In this document: one piece after another, positions 49,291 through 61,916 of the stretch
Position numbering within the stretch: the stretch's first letter is position 1
How the letters are laid out: each line of letters starts with the position of its first letter
Made by a program: the position numbers and the translations under genes
Source: Glaucostegus cemiculus
Lineage: Eukaryota
Reading direction: 5' to 3'
Assembly: GCA_976551045.1 (NCBI GenBank)
Contig: CDPCPM010000263.1
Location: 1,550,001-1,614,000, forward strand
DNA: 64,000 nt
The notes under the pieces: generated by a model
Seen by the model: only the letters and a program-made list of their open reading frames with translations
The model's database searches: none
Told to the model about the DNA's origin: nothing

Positions 49291-51221
49291 TATGCACACA
49301 GTGCTGAACCACTGATTTACACTCCAGAGCCAGGTCTACACTCGGAGATCCTAGATAGGTATGCCTGCCCTCATTATCCCAGATAAAAAGCTGGGGCTGC
49401 AACCACAGCCAATAAACCAGATCATGACTGGCATTTACAGCTTTTCCGACTGAAACATCCTGCCACAGATGAAACAGACAACCTCTTTCAAATAGTTGCC
49501 TTAGTCAACAGGTAATTCTCAAACTTCCTGCCAGAAAATTTATCCTGAATTCTTCCAATGCTTCATCTGCTTTCTGAATTGATAATTCATAGTATCACAG
49601 CATGTTAATATCTAGACCCTGGAAGTTCTTGAATTAGTAAAATGCCATGGTATCAGAATCCTAATATGCAACAGCACTAAGGTTGTCCTTGATAGTAGTG
49701 ATGAATTGCTCTCAGTTTTAAGAATATAAAGACATAAGAAATAGGAGCCAAACAATTCCTTGACCAAGTTCGCTACTTAATAAGATTGTGGCTGATCTGA
49801 TCCCTTTTTGCTTGACCTCCATAATCCTTAACTCCCCTGTAGTTCAAACCCCAGTCTTTCTCAGCTTTGAATATACTTAATTACAACCTACACAGTTCTC
49901 TGGGGTGGAGAATTCCGAAGATTTTCCACCCTGTGAGAGAAGAAATTACTCCCGAGCTATATCTTAAATGGGCAACTTCTTACTCTAAAACAATGCTCTC
50001 TTGGTTTACATGGTATTACAATGAACTTGCAGCACAAAAACAGTCCATTGGCCTAACAGTTTATACTAATATGCTCCACACAAAACATGTACCTTACTTT
50101 AACCAAATCAGTACATCAATATTGCATCACATCAGCTGAAAGGAAGACTGCAGGAAATTGGAGAAAAACAAAAAAAAGTTTCCTCCACCTGAGGTAAAAT
50201 CTATTACAATACATTTTCTAATCAAATATATCGAAACATTTAAAAGTTGAACCTACTCTCCTCAATGAAGAATACACAGTATGTTAAGATTCAAGCTCTC
50301 TAATTGTACTGTGATTGCACTTTGCTCATAACTTGCACTTTTACGGAATCATCATTGATTTATGGCTAAGGTGATAGTCTAATAGAATTACAAAGTAAAC
50401 TCTTTCTGCAGAAGCAGGTTGTAAAGATTAATCAGTGGTTATATTGTTCTCCCCCTGGGTGGAAATGTTACGTCTTCTGGAAGGACTTTAGACAGCAGAT
50501 CAGTACCATGGAATCAAATAGTTGAGAAATGTGGCTTTAGTCACATCACCACAAACGTGCAGGAGTATCAGCCACCGATGAGCTCATCCACTGCCCATTG
50601 GATTCTGAGGACAACAGAACGGAATGAGTGGAGGTGAGTGTAACTGGTGGCTAACATCCTTGCATAAATTAGACATTGGTGATCAAGGACAAGTTTCGCC
50701 CCCACACGTGGTGTTCCCTTGATAGGCAACTAAATATTTCACTGGCTCACTATGATGGGATGAAGGTTTCCTCCTTCTAGCAACTACATAGGGGCACTAT
50801 GTAGCGAAGTTACCTATAACTTAGGCCAAGTTGACATGAAATAGCCAGCTTCAGAGAGGGATCACAAGGATGGATAGTGTGACATGAATAAAATACATTT
50901 TAATGTGATTCTATAATTGTACAGGCTTCTTTGTGTATTATACCAGATTAAGGCATTTATTTTTATTTGGAATATGGTCCTGGTGCAATAGTGGCCATTT
51001 GAATTCTAAACTGGTGTCCATTCACTTAAAAAGCCAACAGCACTTCCCTGATTATAATGTGTATTTGACATCATGTTATCATTAAATCAGCTTCAACTTC
51101 CTTTTAAAAAGTTTTCTTAACTAATATATGGCATTTTATATGTTTCAAGGTATATAAAATACCATATAGTAATCAAACAAGATTCTGTAACAGGATAGGC
51201 TGAGGCTTTTTCCCCCTGAAA

Positions 51222-51610
51222 GGTAGGAGGCTGAGGGATGGCCTTATGGAGGTGTATAAGATCATGAGAGGCATAGATAAGCTGAATGGTCACAATCTTT
51301 TTCCCAGGGTAGGGGAATCCAAAAATAGAGGGCATAGATTTAAGGTGAGAGGGGAAAGATTTAAAAGGGATCTGAGGGACAGCCCTTTCACACAGAGGGT
51401 GGTGGATATATGGAACAAGCTGTCAGAAGAAGTGGTTGAGGTACAATTACAACATTGAACAGACATTTGGACAGGCACATGGATAGGAAAGGTTTAGAGG
51501 GATATGGGACAAACGCAGACAAGAGATTAGCTCAGGAAGGCACCTTGGTTGGCATGGATGAGTTGGGCTGAAGGGCCTGTTTCCATGCTGTATAGATATG
51601 ATTCTATGAA
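51222..51610 (+). mobile_element. CR1/HER1 3' fragment
   Basis: EVYKIMRGIDKLNGHNLFPRVGESKNRGHRFKVRGERFKRDLR..FTQRVVDIWNKL. Confidence 0.92.
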
Positions 51611-54600
51611 AATAATCCACATAAGAATTATGCAGGCAGATAGCCAAATGCTTGGTCAAATGGAAAAGCTTTAAAGATTTAAAATTTAACAATTTATATT
51701 TTTGTATAAGTAGAATAATATATTCAAATGGGGGGATAGAGAAGATTGAGCAGCAGTGAAAAGAATTCAGGAGCCAGACACATGACTGAAGACATTTTGA
51801 AGAAGCTTCTGACAGCAGGAAGACGTCACAGTTATTTGTTCCCTCATTATGACCTTGCAGTATGTTTTTTGGGCCCCTCTCCCATTCTCCACTCTAATTT
51901 ACATTGGATCGCATAACTGCATTCCTCTTCTAATTTGCTACTCTCCTACTAGGGAGGCTGCCCACTAGTTTGAAAGTCTAGGCTTTGGATACACTGAAGC
52001 ATTTCATTGCCAATGAACTACTTTTTGAAGTGCAGCTGTACAACAGCAGTCAATAGTCATACAGCAAGATCCAAGTCAGAGTAAATGGAACGAGCAGCCA
52101 TTAATATGATTGTTTTTGTTAACTGAGAGATAATTTTGTCCAGAACTCTGGAGGAATTTGTTGCTCCTCTATGAATAACGTTGTGGGAACTTTATCTTGC
52201 ATGTGGAGAGATGGATGGAGTCTGGCTTTAGCCACTTGACCAATTGGTGACAATTTAAAAGTGTGGTCCATTTGCTGTTTGCCTCTGAGCAGACTTCACT
52301 GGGTGCTCAATCTCCGAATATGGCTCGAGCCCCGAATCAAAGAGCTGACCCCCAATGACACACAGTGAGCAGCTGATTCCTGGAGTCTGGCAAATAGCCA
52401 GTGTCTCAGTGTGACCCTAAGCATAAGAATCACCAAGGCATCCAATATGGCTGAATTAGATATTGATTACCAAATATCTAAAAACTTTTGTGTCCTGGTG
52501 TCACAGTTGGGGCTATTAGATGGCAAAACCTCAGGGTTGGGGGGGGGGGGGGGGAAGGTGGAGGTTGCAGAAAAAAGGGTCAGACCTTAGACTTAGTTCA
52601 CACAAAAGTGAATTATGACATCCCAATAATGTTCTATCCAAGATCACTTAGAGCAACATTGACCAATGATTTATAAGGCTCATTGCCAAATTGTACTTAA
52701 TGTATCCTTACTTTATAAAAATCCAACAGATGTTATATGGATTAATTCAGATAGCAAACGATCTGGAAACTCTTGACATTTAGCACACCCTTTGTAAAAA
52801 TGACAACCACTTAGAGCATCCTTCTTGAATATAAATCAGAAAATAACCTTCTATTGTAACCTTGCTCCATTTGTGAGTGCTTTATTTCAATCACCTTGTG
52901 ATAAACTGGTTCTTATTCTTTTTTTTGATCTATCGATACTACATAGCAGTTTATTGGATAATAAGGCTTCATGATTATTTTACTAATAAAGTGACAAACT
53001 TGTGTTCAGAACTATATGGACCTTGGGGTTCAGCCTTCAGAACTTTAGTAGCCTGCTGGTTAATGGGGGTGGGGTGGCTGAAGTGAGTTCAATAGTTAGT
53101 TGTGTTTAACTGAAGTAGCCTGTAAAATGCAACAGCCAATTGTTAAAAGTGAAATGTAGTAGGCAGCTGACAATTGACACCTGGATGAGAGAATCCTTGA
53201 AATCTCAAGCATTTCAGTCCCTAGTGCAGAACAGAACCTTACAGCCATTTTCTCACCTTCTAAAAACAGACTAGTGCTGGGGTGTTGTCAGTATATTAGT
53301 TTCATCACACCTAGCCTCTTGTTACCGTGAACAGCCTGACACAAAAGCTCTCATCATGTTTGGAATGGTACTCTGGGGTATGTGTCACTGACAGATGCTT
53401 TAGGGTGTGCTATAGCTGAGGCATGGATGCCTCACAAGATGTGTCTTGTAAGCTGTTGATATCAAACGATGATAAAAACATTGGCAGTGCAACGATTCAG
53501 AGTGTACTGACTGGATTTGAAGCCTTACGCTGTAACAGTGTAGTGTGCTACCAACAATTCAGGTCCTTATTCAGGGTCTGAGGCCTCTTTCGCAGTGTGG
53601 GGCCTCAGTATTGTTTATCCTTGCCGTATGTATTGCACCTAATTGTCATTGTGGTAACTAGGTGCCGGCACTGTTCCCTATTGACAGCGTTGAGGTTTAC
53701 TGCTGGAGATCTGAGGTCTTATTGGATGCATGCGATCCTGGTGATTAAGTCTATTCAAGGTTGAAATAGAAGACTTTTGGTTCGGGACAACAGTGGAATC
53801 TGGGTTTATAGGGCTTGGCAAGAAAATGGAGTGGCCAAATATTAAAAGAGCTTTGATCCCACTGAATGATGGAACAAGCCAAAGGACCATATGGTTTGTC
53901 CCTTCTCAAAATTCTTATATTCAGTTTGGCCAACACTGTATCAGTCAGCAAAGTGCAATAAGTTCTGAATTTTGGACAATCAACCAGCAACTGGTCCTGA
54001 TTAATGTCATATCTTCCTGATTTCTGTACAAAAAGGGGTTTAATGCTGATTGGACCCAGTAGAAAGTCTTTTTCATCATCATTGATGTTATTGGAGCACA
54101 TCATTAGAGGGAGGAAGGGAGAACCAAACCCTACTTATTGTTCACTGTCTCCTGCCCCTCAAGCATTCCCCCCACTCCATGTATCTACTTAGATTTGGAT
54201 TTTACGTATTTGGTTGGATTTCACTTCACTGGAGTAATCTGAGATGGTTCACAGCTTTCTCCATAGGCTTCAATAAAATTGTCTGGTTCACACTGTCCTG
54301 TGAAAGCCTTTTTTGCATTCCTGAGTGATGAAGTGAGAGATTTTAACTTTTACACCAAGATCCTAGCTGATCATAAATGCATCTGTGCACTGATTTCTAA
54401 ACCAAAAAAGAGATTTGTATTAATTCAGATTTTCAAAGATTGTGTACCCATGAGATTAAACATTTGAGGAGTTATCTATTCAAGGTCTTTGAAACAACAA
54501 AGCAATTTAAGGAGGAGAGAAACAATTTATTTTTCTGCTGGTCAATCCAGGGCAGGAGTACACAACAATACAATTAAAGCCCAAACATTTATGGGTGAAA

Positions 54601-54764
54601 TCTGGAAGCCCCTTTGTCACACAAAACTAAAATTCGGTCCTTCAAAAGGCTGTAAATGGTGGAGTAGGAAAGGGGTTTTGATGACATGGGGAGTGGGGAA
54701 GTAGTGTATTGGGAGGAAATCAACTAACATTTTTGAAACTGAGGTTGACAGGTTTTGCAAAGGG

Positions 54765-55336
54765 AAAATGCTACAGATGCTGGAAATCTGAAATGAAAAG
54801 AGGAAATGTTAGGTACATTGAGCATCAATAGAGAGAGGAGCAGAGACAAAGTTCCAGAACAATGACCTACAGTCAGAATTTAGAATTGTTAGAGATACAT
54901 ATTTTAAGATGCACAGAAAGTGGAAAGAATGGAGAGTGAAGAAAGGCACTGCTGCGGTAAATTGGAAGACAAAAGAGATTAAATGATAAAAGAAGTAATA
55001 CATGAAGGTAATAAAAGCCTAGAGAAGGTAAAAATTTAGAATAATTATCTGAAATTAACAAAGGAAATCTGGACTAAACACTGGAATGCTGATCATCTGG
55101 CGTTATTAAACTCAGTGCTGAGCCTGGCAGTGTGTAGCATGTCTACTGAGAAGATGAGATGCTGTTCCTTAGCTTTAGTGTAGGTACTGAGGACTGTGAG
55201 GACAGAGTGGAAGTGAGATGGGGAGTTAAACAAACAGACAGCAGGAAGCACAGGATCACAAAGGCAGACTAAATGGAGGTATTCTGCAAGGTGGTTATGC
55301 CATCTGCATTCAGTCTCCCCAGTGTAAAGGAGACTT
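54765..55336 (-). mobile_element. Decayed Penelope-like element with GIY-YIG remnant
   Basis: Minus strand gives LLYTGETE (55310-55335) and KEQHLIF (~55150-55170); terminal cagatgctggaaatctgaaat. Confidence 0.7.
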
Positions 55337-55714
55337 TGGTTCAGTAAGGATATTAAGGAATATGAAGCAAAGGCTCTTAAATGGAATGAAGATACAGATA
55401 GCCATGATCTAATTATAGACTTAGAGGTTAGTTATCTATACATTACATGGTCAGATGAGCAATTATGATGGGGCAGTTACAGTACAACGTAGAAGGAGCA
55501 AGAAGCCTGTATCAGCTTCTTGCAACAGCAAATCCAATTAGTCCCACTCCTCAATCTTTCCCTATATCCTGTTCTTCTCTTTAAGTGCTTATTCAATTCC
55601 TACTTAAAGTTACAACTGATTTGCATTCATCACCTTTCAAGGATGAAGGGAGGAATTTTGGCTAAGGGACTCACAGAGTTTCTGCTCTTCAATGAAACAG
55701 CACAATTGGTACAT

Positions 55715-55842
55715 AATTCATGTTTAATTTTTTTTGTGAATGCTGCTTATATGCTATGTGCTTGTGGTGCTGCTGCAAGTAAGTTTTTCAATGCACCTTT
55801 GCACACATGTACTTGTGCATGTGACAATAAACTGAACTTTGA
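55715..55842 (+). mobile_element. Rex1/Babar 3'UTR, family A
   Basis: gtgaatgctgc..tgctgctgcaagtaagtttttca..gcatgtgacaataaact. Confidence 0.8.
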
Positions 55843-57499
55843 ACAGGTAGATGGGGTTTCAAGTTCTTTCAATAATAAACCATAAAACTATCCACAACAC
55901 TAAAGTCTAGAAATCAGGAGCTTTAATCCCTTGCCCTCATTTGATCTGACTAGAATGTATAGCATTTAGTTCAAATTGACTGCAGATAGGAGAAGCAAAA
56001 TGTGCCAGAAACCCTTAACATAATGTCACCTTGACCAATTAAAGCACTTCCATTACTTATGAAACTGCAATGGCGTAACACAGAATATTTCAGTAGTTGA
56101 CTGGATCTACCTGCTGGGTGTGCCTTGGTATCACATCATGCCTTCTGAAACATCTGTAGGAGCTCCTCTTCACCACTGCCAACTGAAATGCTTTGTGAAA
56201 TACTTGGATTGTTCCATACTTTTGTCAGGAGCTCATTTTTCATACAACTTTTTCAAACACAATTTTAATTGCAGCCTAGTATGATGTGCAAGATACCCCA
56301 CCTTTATTAAAAGACCCATCTTTACCAGGTTATGCCCTATTTATATAGAAGACAACACAAGGTGCACAGAGAGAAATTGGCACTGCCTAATGTGGGAAAA
56401 GAGCCTCAAGCTGCAGTTAAAATCGCACAGAATGGAGAGTATGGAGCAGAGGGTCCTTCCTGTCCATAAGCCATTGAAATGCCTTATTTAAGTACAGTTA
56501 TATTTTCCTTTAAAAGACAAATATTTGGTCATTTTCACCTGGATAGCCAGTCAATGCCTGATCATTGAATTTCCCAGCTGTTCGAACTCCAGATCTCAAG
56601 TGAACAGGGTTTTGATTCCATGCATAGCAATTACACACACTGACTGACTGATGCCAGTTTCAGATAAGACAGCTCCAAATGTTCCCTCCAAGTCACATAG
56701 CATTCACCATACCTTTACCATTCCTGGGTGTAAATGCTGGAATTGCCAGCACTGTGGGAGTACTTTCACTACACAGATTGCAATGGTCAAGAGGATAGCT
56801 CACCACCATCACCTTTGCACAAGAAATTAGGATGGAGAATAAATGTTAGCCTTGCCAATAACCTCAACATCTCATAAATGAACAATATAGTAATGGGACA
56901 TTCTTACCTGTATTCATTATGTTTCTATGGGAATTTGGAAAACCTAATTTCTGTGAAGAAAATAAACAAATTTAGAAGTGCCATTATTAATGGACAGAGT
57001 GAATGAGAGAATTTCACTGTCTCCCCTGGAATCTGGGTTTGGATCCAGTTGGATGAAACAAAACTATTCTCTCCAGTAACTGTCAAGCACCCTTGGTGAA
57101 ACAAACTGATGAGGATCTACAGAACAAAATTGCTCATTTTGGGACAATGATTGGCCCCAATTAGGCAAGGTCACTTGGAGAGACCACGGGATTTATTGGC
57201 TTAAGAATAAAAATAGTATAGTATTAAGCATTAAAAGATACTGCCAGGGCAGTCTAGGGAAATGCCTGAAGCTCTGTATAGCAAATAGCTCATGCTGCAC
57301 TCCACTCAAATCAGTTTAATCCCAATTTACATTTATCCTTTAGAGAGCTGAAGAATCAAGTTTGAGAAGAGACAAAGGATGATTTCCTTGACAGCATCAA
57401 ACTCCTCGTTGTCCCTCAACTAAATTCAGTTACCGCTTTGATTATGAGGCTGGAGAAGCCCATATTTTGTGAGTGGAGGATCTGTACAGAAAGCTTCAG

Positions 57500-58830
57500 T
57501 GCAGAAACTGTTCAGCCAATCTCCCAGGCAGTCAATGAAGTACTTACAGTCCTATGAACTTCAATTGTAACTAATAATGTCTTATGAGGAACTTCATCAA
57601 ATGTTTCTGGAAGTCATAGCCATAGACATACTCCTGTTTTCATCACCTCAAAAAAATACAACTTGTTTGGGCCAGTCATGAACTACTCTTTATAAATCCT
57701 TACTAAGTATCCTCGACTGACTGAAAATTTGTGAGATTTGCAGCCAGTCTATCCTTAATTGTAAACTCCCATAATTTCCCCGAAGCAAATTTTAGGCTAA
57801 CAGATCTATAATTCCCAGTTTTCCTATCTTATCTCTATTAAATAGCAAAATGGCACATGCACATCAAGGTAATTTAGGAATGTTACCTGCAACATTCTCA
57901 TCTGCTTCCTTTAAACTACTGGCTTAGAAACTGCTGGCTTAGAACCATCTGGCTCTGGGGATTTATGACTTCTTTCAGTGACCATTTCTACCAACATCAT
58001 TACTTTGCTAATGTTATTTTTGGCAAGTACCTGTCCCAGATTTAATATTAGTTTTCTTAAGATGTCCAGGCTATGATCCCTTTTCTTTGCTGTAAATAAT
58101 GATGCAATGTAATTGTTCAACAGGTTTGACATTCTACCTCCATTTACGTTATCACCATTATTTTTAAAGTGTTCACCTTACTTCTGACCACCCTCTTTTT
58201 TGTTATATAGTCATTAAAAAAACTGTTGATTTTGATATCCTTTTCATACTCCCTTTTACTGGTTTTATTCTCCGTTTTGTGGTTTTTCTTCTTCTTTATA
58301 TCTCACCCAGCCTCAGTACTTACACATTTCTGTGGGCATTCTCTGTAGTTGCATGTCACCCCTTAACCCCCTAGTCTTCTATTGCCATTTTAACATATGC
58401 TGTTTGCCAAAAGTTATTTTTTGAACATCTCCCAATGCTAACTTTTCCCTTCAGCTGATTGTCCAAGATAAACTAGACCAATCTCTGTCTTGTCACATGG
58501 AAACCAGCCTTACCCAGACCCTGACCTAGCAGCTGTTTTGCATTTTTCCTTTCAAACTGAGTTCAATCATATTATGATCACTATTGATATCATAAATAAT
58601 AATGCATTGCAAAATAGTTAACTAGGTCTAACTCATTACACAATAAAAAAATTAATATGGCCTGTTCTCTTATTGGTTCTAGGGCTTACTTGTAGTAGCT
58701 TATCAAGCATTCAACATAGATTCAATATCTTTCCAACATGATCTTGTCTGCTTATCCCAACCTCTATTAAAGTTAAAAGCCCTCATTATACCCACTGTTC
58801 CTTTACTACACAATTGCCTAGTTGTTGCTC
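57500..58830 (-). mobile_element. Ancient CR1 ORF2 remnant
   Basis: MSNLLNNYIASLFT and HKSPEPDG match the CR1 motifs LNxYFASVFT and KSPGPDG. Confidence 0.65.
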
Positions 58831-58836
58831 TTATAC

Positions 58837-59213
58837 AGAATTAGAATCAGAATCAGGTTTATTATCACTGACATATATGATGTGAAATTTGTTATTTTGT
58901 GGCAGCAGTACAGTGCCATGACATAAAAATTACTATAAACTACAAAATAAATAAATAGTGCAAAAAAAAAAGGAGTAACGAGGTAGTGGGTTCACGGACT
59001 GTTCAGAAATCTGTTGGCGGAGGGGAAGAAGCTGTTCCTGAACTGTTGAGTGTGGGCTTTCAGGCTCCTGTACCTCCTCCCCGATGGTAGTAATGAGGAG
59101 AGGGCATGTCCTGGATGGTGAGGGTCCTTAATGATGGATGCTGCCTCCTTGAGGCACCACCTCTTGAAGATGTCCTTGATGGTGGGGAGAGTTGTGCCTG
59201 TGATGGAGTTGAC
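58837..59213 (-). mobile_element. Rex1/Babar 3' fragment, family B
   Basis: SITGTTLPTIKDIFKRWCLKEAASIIKDPHHPGHALSSLLPSGRRYRSLKAHTQQFRNSFFPSA. Confidence 0.92.
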
Positions 59214-59594
59214 TGATTCACCTCCACTACTAAAGGATTGGTACATAATTCTCAAAGGAATTTTAAATCTCTTTTTTTTATTATTTAAAGAATTTGCTGC
59301 TGTTTCTCTTCAGCTAAGAATCAACATTGTAAATAGGTGCACCTTTTTTCAATTACAGATGGTGGGGTCCAGTTTCTTTAACCCTTCAGCATTCATTTCT
59401 TCAATGGAGCCCTCGTGATTGTACACACAAGAAATTGCCTCTTTTTTGCATTTTGCTAATTGTTCTGGTTAACTGGTCTATTTATTGTCTATAATAAAAG
59501 CTAAGGGACAGTTATTCTCCTTTGTCTGTGTAAAGAGTTGTGAACGTTGTAAAGTCTGGGTAATGTTGTCTGTTTGGGTCTACTGGAAGCTTAA

Positions 59595-59940
59595 AGACAC
59601 AAGAGACAGCAGATGCTGGAATCTGGACCAAAAAATAAACTGCTGGAAGAACTCAACGGGTCAGGCAGCATCTATGAAGGCAAAGGGATGGTCGACGTTT
59701 CAGGTCGAGACTCTGCATCAGGACTGGCAGTTGAAATGATGGAGGGAAAACAGTGAGAAGGAGACTCACAGAACTCCTGTCAAAGACAGGAGAACTTCTT
59801 CAAAGTGGGCATATCTTGAAGAGACTTCACAGTGGGATAATAGATACAGGGCCTCGACCCAAAACATCGGCCAACCCTTTGCCTCCACATATGCTGTGTG
59901 ACCTGTTTAGTTCTTCCAGCAGTTTATTTTTTGCCACTGG
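59595..59940. mobile_element. Inverted pair of PLE mini-elements around a ~115-bp spacer
   Basis: 59595-59727 (-) and 59842-59940 (+) are reverse-complement homologues. Confidence 0.8.
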
Positions 59941-59944
59941 GAAC

Positions 59945-60200
59945 TTAACTGTCCCTTAACAGCTACATTACTCTACCCTATCAGAGAAACTCCCTTTATT
60001 CCACCCATTGCCCTCCCCTACCTTCTCTCCTACCTAGATTAATTTGTTTCCTTGCTTTCTTGGTTCTGAAAAAGGGTCTCAGATCTGAAACATTAACTGT
60101 TTCTTTTTCCACAGATGCTGCCTGACCTGCTGAGTACTTAAAATATTTTCAGTTTCTATCTCAGATTTCCAACAATTGCAGGATTTATTTTGATTTTCTG
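59945..60200 (+). mobile_element. PLE terminal fragment
   Basis: ttctgaaaaagggtctcagatctgaaacattaactgtttc..ccacagatgctgcctgacctgctgag. Confidence 0.75.
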
Positions 60201-60419
60201 TTTGTTGGCTCTCCTGGTGGATGCAGTCAAACTAACCACTTAACAGTGATCTAACCCTAAACAAAGTAAGATGGAAGTTTAACTACTTTCATGTTCAAAT
60301 CATTGAAGGTTTTGTTGCTAATTCTCCAGCTGACTTTGGTCTGATCAGTAGGGAGATGGGGGCCATCCAGACATTTTATTTAAAGCTCCTTTACTGGATG
60401 TATGACCTCTGAGGGTGGC

Positions 60420-60690
60420 ACTGGTCCTGCATGTAGCACTGATCCAGTGACCAAAGTTCAATCCCAACCTCCAGTGCTGTCTGTGTAGAGTTTGCGCATT
60501 CTCCCTGTGACCCTGTGGAGTCCTTCCACAAACTCTAGTTTCCTCCCACATCCCAGGAATGTGCTGGTTAATTTGTTAATGTAAATTACCGTACAGGGAA
60601 AATAAGTGGGGGAATGGGATTGCTGGGATTGCTCTGACAGCTAGCATGGACTTGATGGGCCAAAAGGCCTCATCCACTGTCATAAACAAA
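60420..60690 (+). mobile_element. V-SINE, older copy
   Basis: gttcaatccc..gagtttgcgcattctccctgtgacc..tttcctcccacatccc..atgggccaaaaggcctc. Confidence 0.75.
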
Positions 60691-60704
60691 TATGAATAAA
60701 TTCT

Positions 60705-61050
60705 CCACGCTCCACCTTCCTCTCCCATCAGATTCCATCATCTGAAGCCGTGCTACCTCCACCTATCGAGCCCCAGCCTCTGCCACTATTTCCACCCTCC
60801 TCTCCTCCATCTGCCTATCACTCCTCATCATCTGGATCCACCTATACATGCCAGCTCTTGCTCTACCCCTTCCCCTCACCTCTGTATACTAGCCATCTCC
60901 CCTCTATCTTTCAGTCCAGATGAAAGGTATCGACCTGAAACGTCAACTGTCCATTTCTCTCCACAGATGCTGCCTTACTTGCTGAATTCCTCCAGCAGTT
61001 TGTTTTTTTGCTCCAGATTCCAGCGCCTGCAAGTCAATTTTGTCTCCATG
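60705..61050 (+). mobile_element. PLE pLTR fragment with hammerhead-like motif
   Basis: C-rich tract homologous to the reverse complement of 15040-15360; cagtccagatgaaaggtatcgacctgaaacgtcaactg. Confidence 0.82.
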
Positions 61051-61319
61051 AATGAATTATCTATTACCCCCCACCCCTTTTTATATTCTCCACCCTTTCC
61101 CTCCCCACCCTTTCCTTTACCATTCTAGCAGATCTAATTGCCTGATATCCAGTACCAGATCTTGACCATGTTACTGACCTGTCTCAGCAACAGTTACCAC
61201 ATCATATCTCCTAAGTTAAATCTATGCCTGCAATTCATTCAGTATGTCCCTACCTGATTCACTAACATCCTCCAGGGCTCTATATTAATCATCGTACTCT
61301 GGGGTACATGAACAGAATG

Positions 61320-61660
61320 GTTAAGTAACTGGATGGATATCCAGTCTATTCCAGCCTAGCCCAAAAAATTCAAATCTTGCGGCAGCTGGAGAATTTAAAT
61401 TCAATTCATGTAAATTGAATTCCTGGAATAAAAAGCTTGTGCCAGTGATGGTAAACATGAAACTACCAGATTGTCTGAAAAATCCATCTAGTTCATTAAC
61501 GTTCTTCATGAGAAGTAATCTGCTGTCTTCATTTGATCTGGCCCGTGTGCAATCACAGACCCACAAAGCTGTCATTGACCCTTAACTGCCTACAAGCTAT
61601 TCATTACAAGGGCAATTAAGGATGGACAGTAAATGCTATATTAGGCAGTAACAAATAACA
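61320..61660 (+). mobile_element. tRNA-derived SINE
   Basis: catgaaactaccagattgtc..aaaaatccatctagttca..agggcaattaaggatggacagtaaatgc. Confidence 0.7.
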
Positions 61661-61663
61661 GCC

Positions 61664-61916
61664 AAAGTCAAATTTATTGCCACATGCACAAGTACATGAA
61701 TGCACAGGTGCAATGAAAAACTTACTTGCAGCAGCATCACAGGCACATCGCATCTGATATACAGCATAAACTGAACATAAATTATACAAAATTATACAAG
61801 AAAGAGCACAATTATAACAAAAAAACAAAGTCCATTGTAATGCAAAGTGGTCATAGTGTTGCTACGCTGAGGTAGTGATTAGGGCTGTGCAGGTTGGTTC
61901 AAGAACCGAATGGTTG
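61664..61916 (-). mobile_element. Rex1/Babar 3'UTR, family A
   Basis: aaagtcaaatttattgccacatgcacaagtacatg..gcaggttggttcaagaaccgaatggttga. Confidence 0.88.

Noticed and set aside
52539-52554. Poly-G run (also C/G runs at 3021, 20414, 63149)
   Set aside because: Simple homopolymers with no supporting structure
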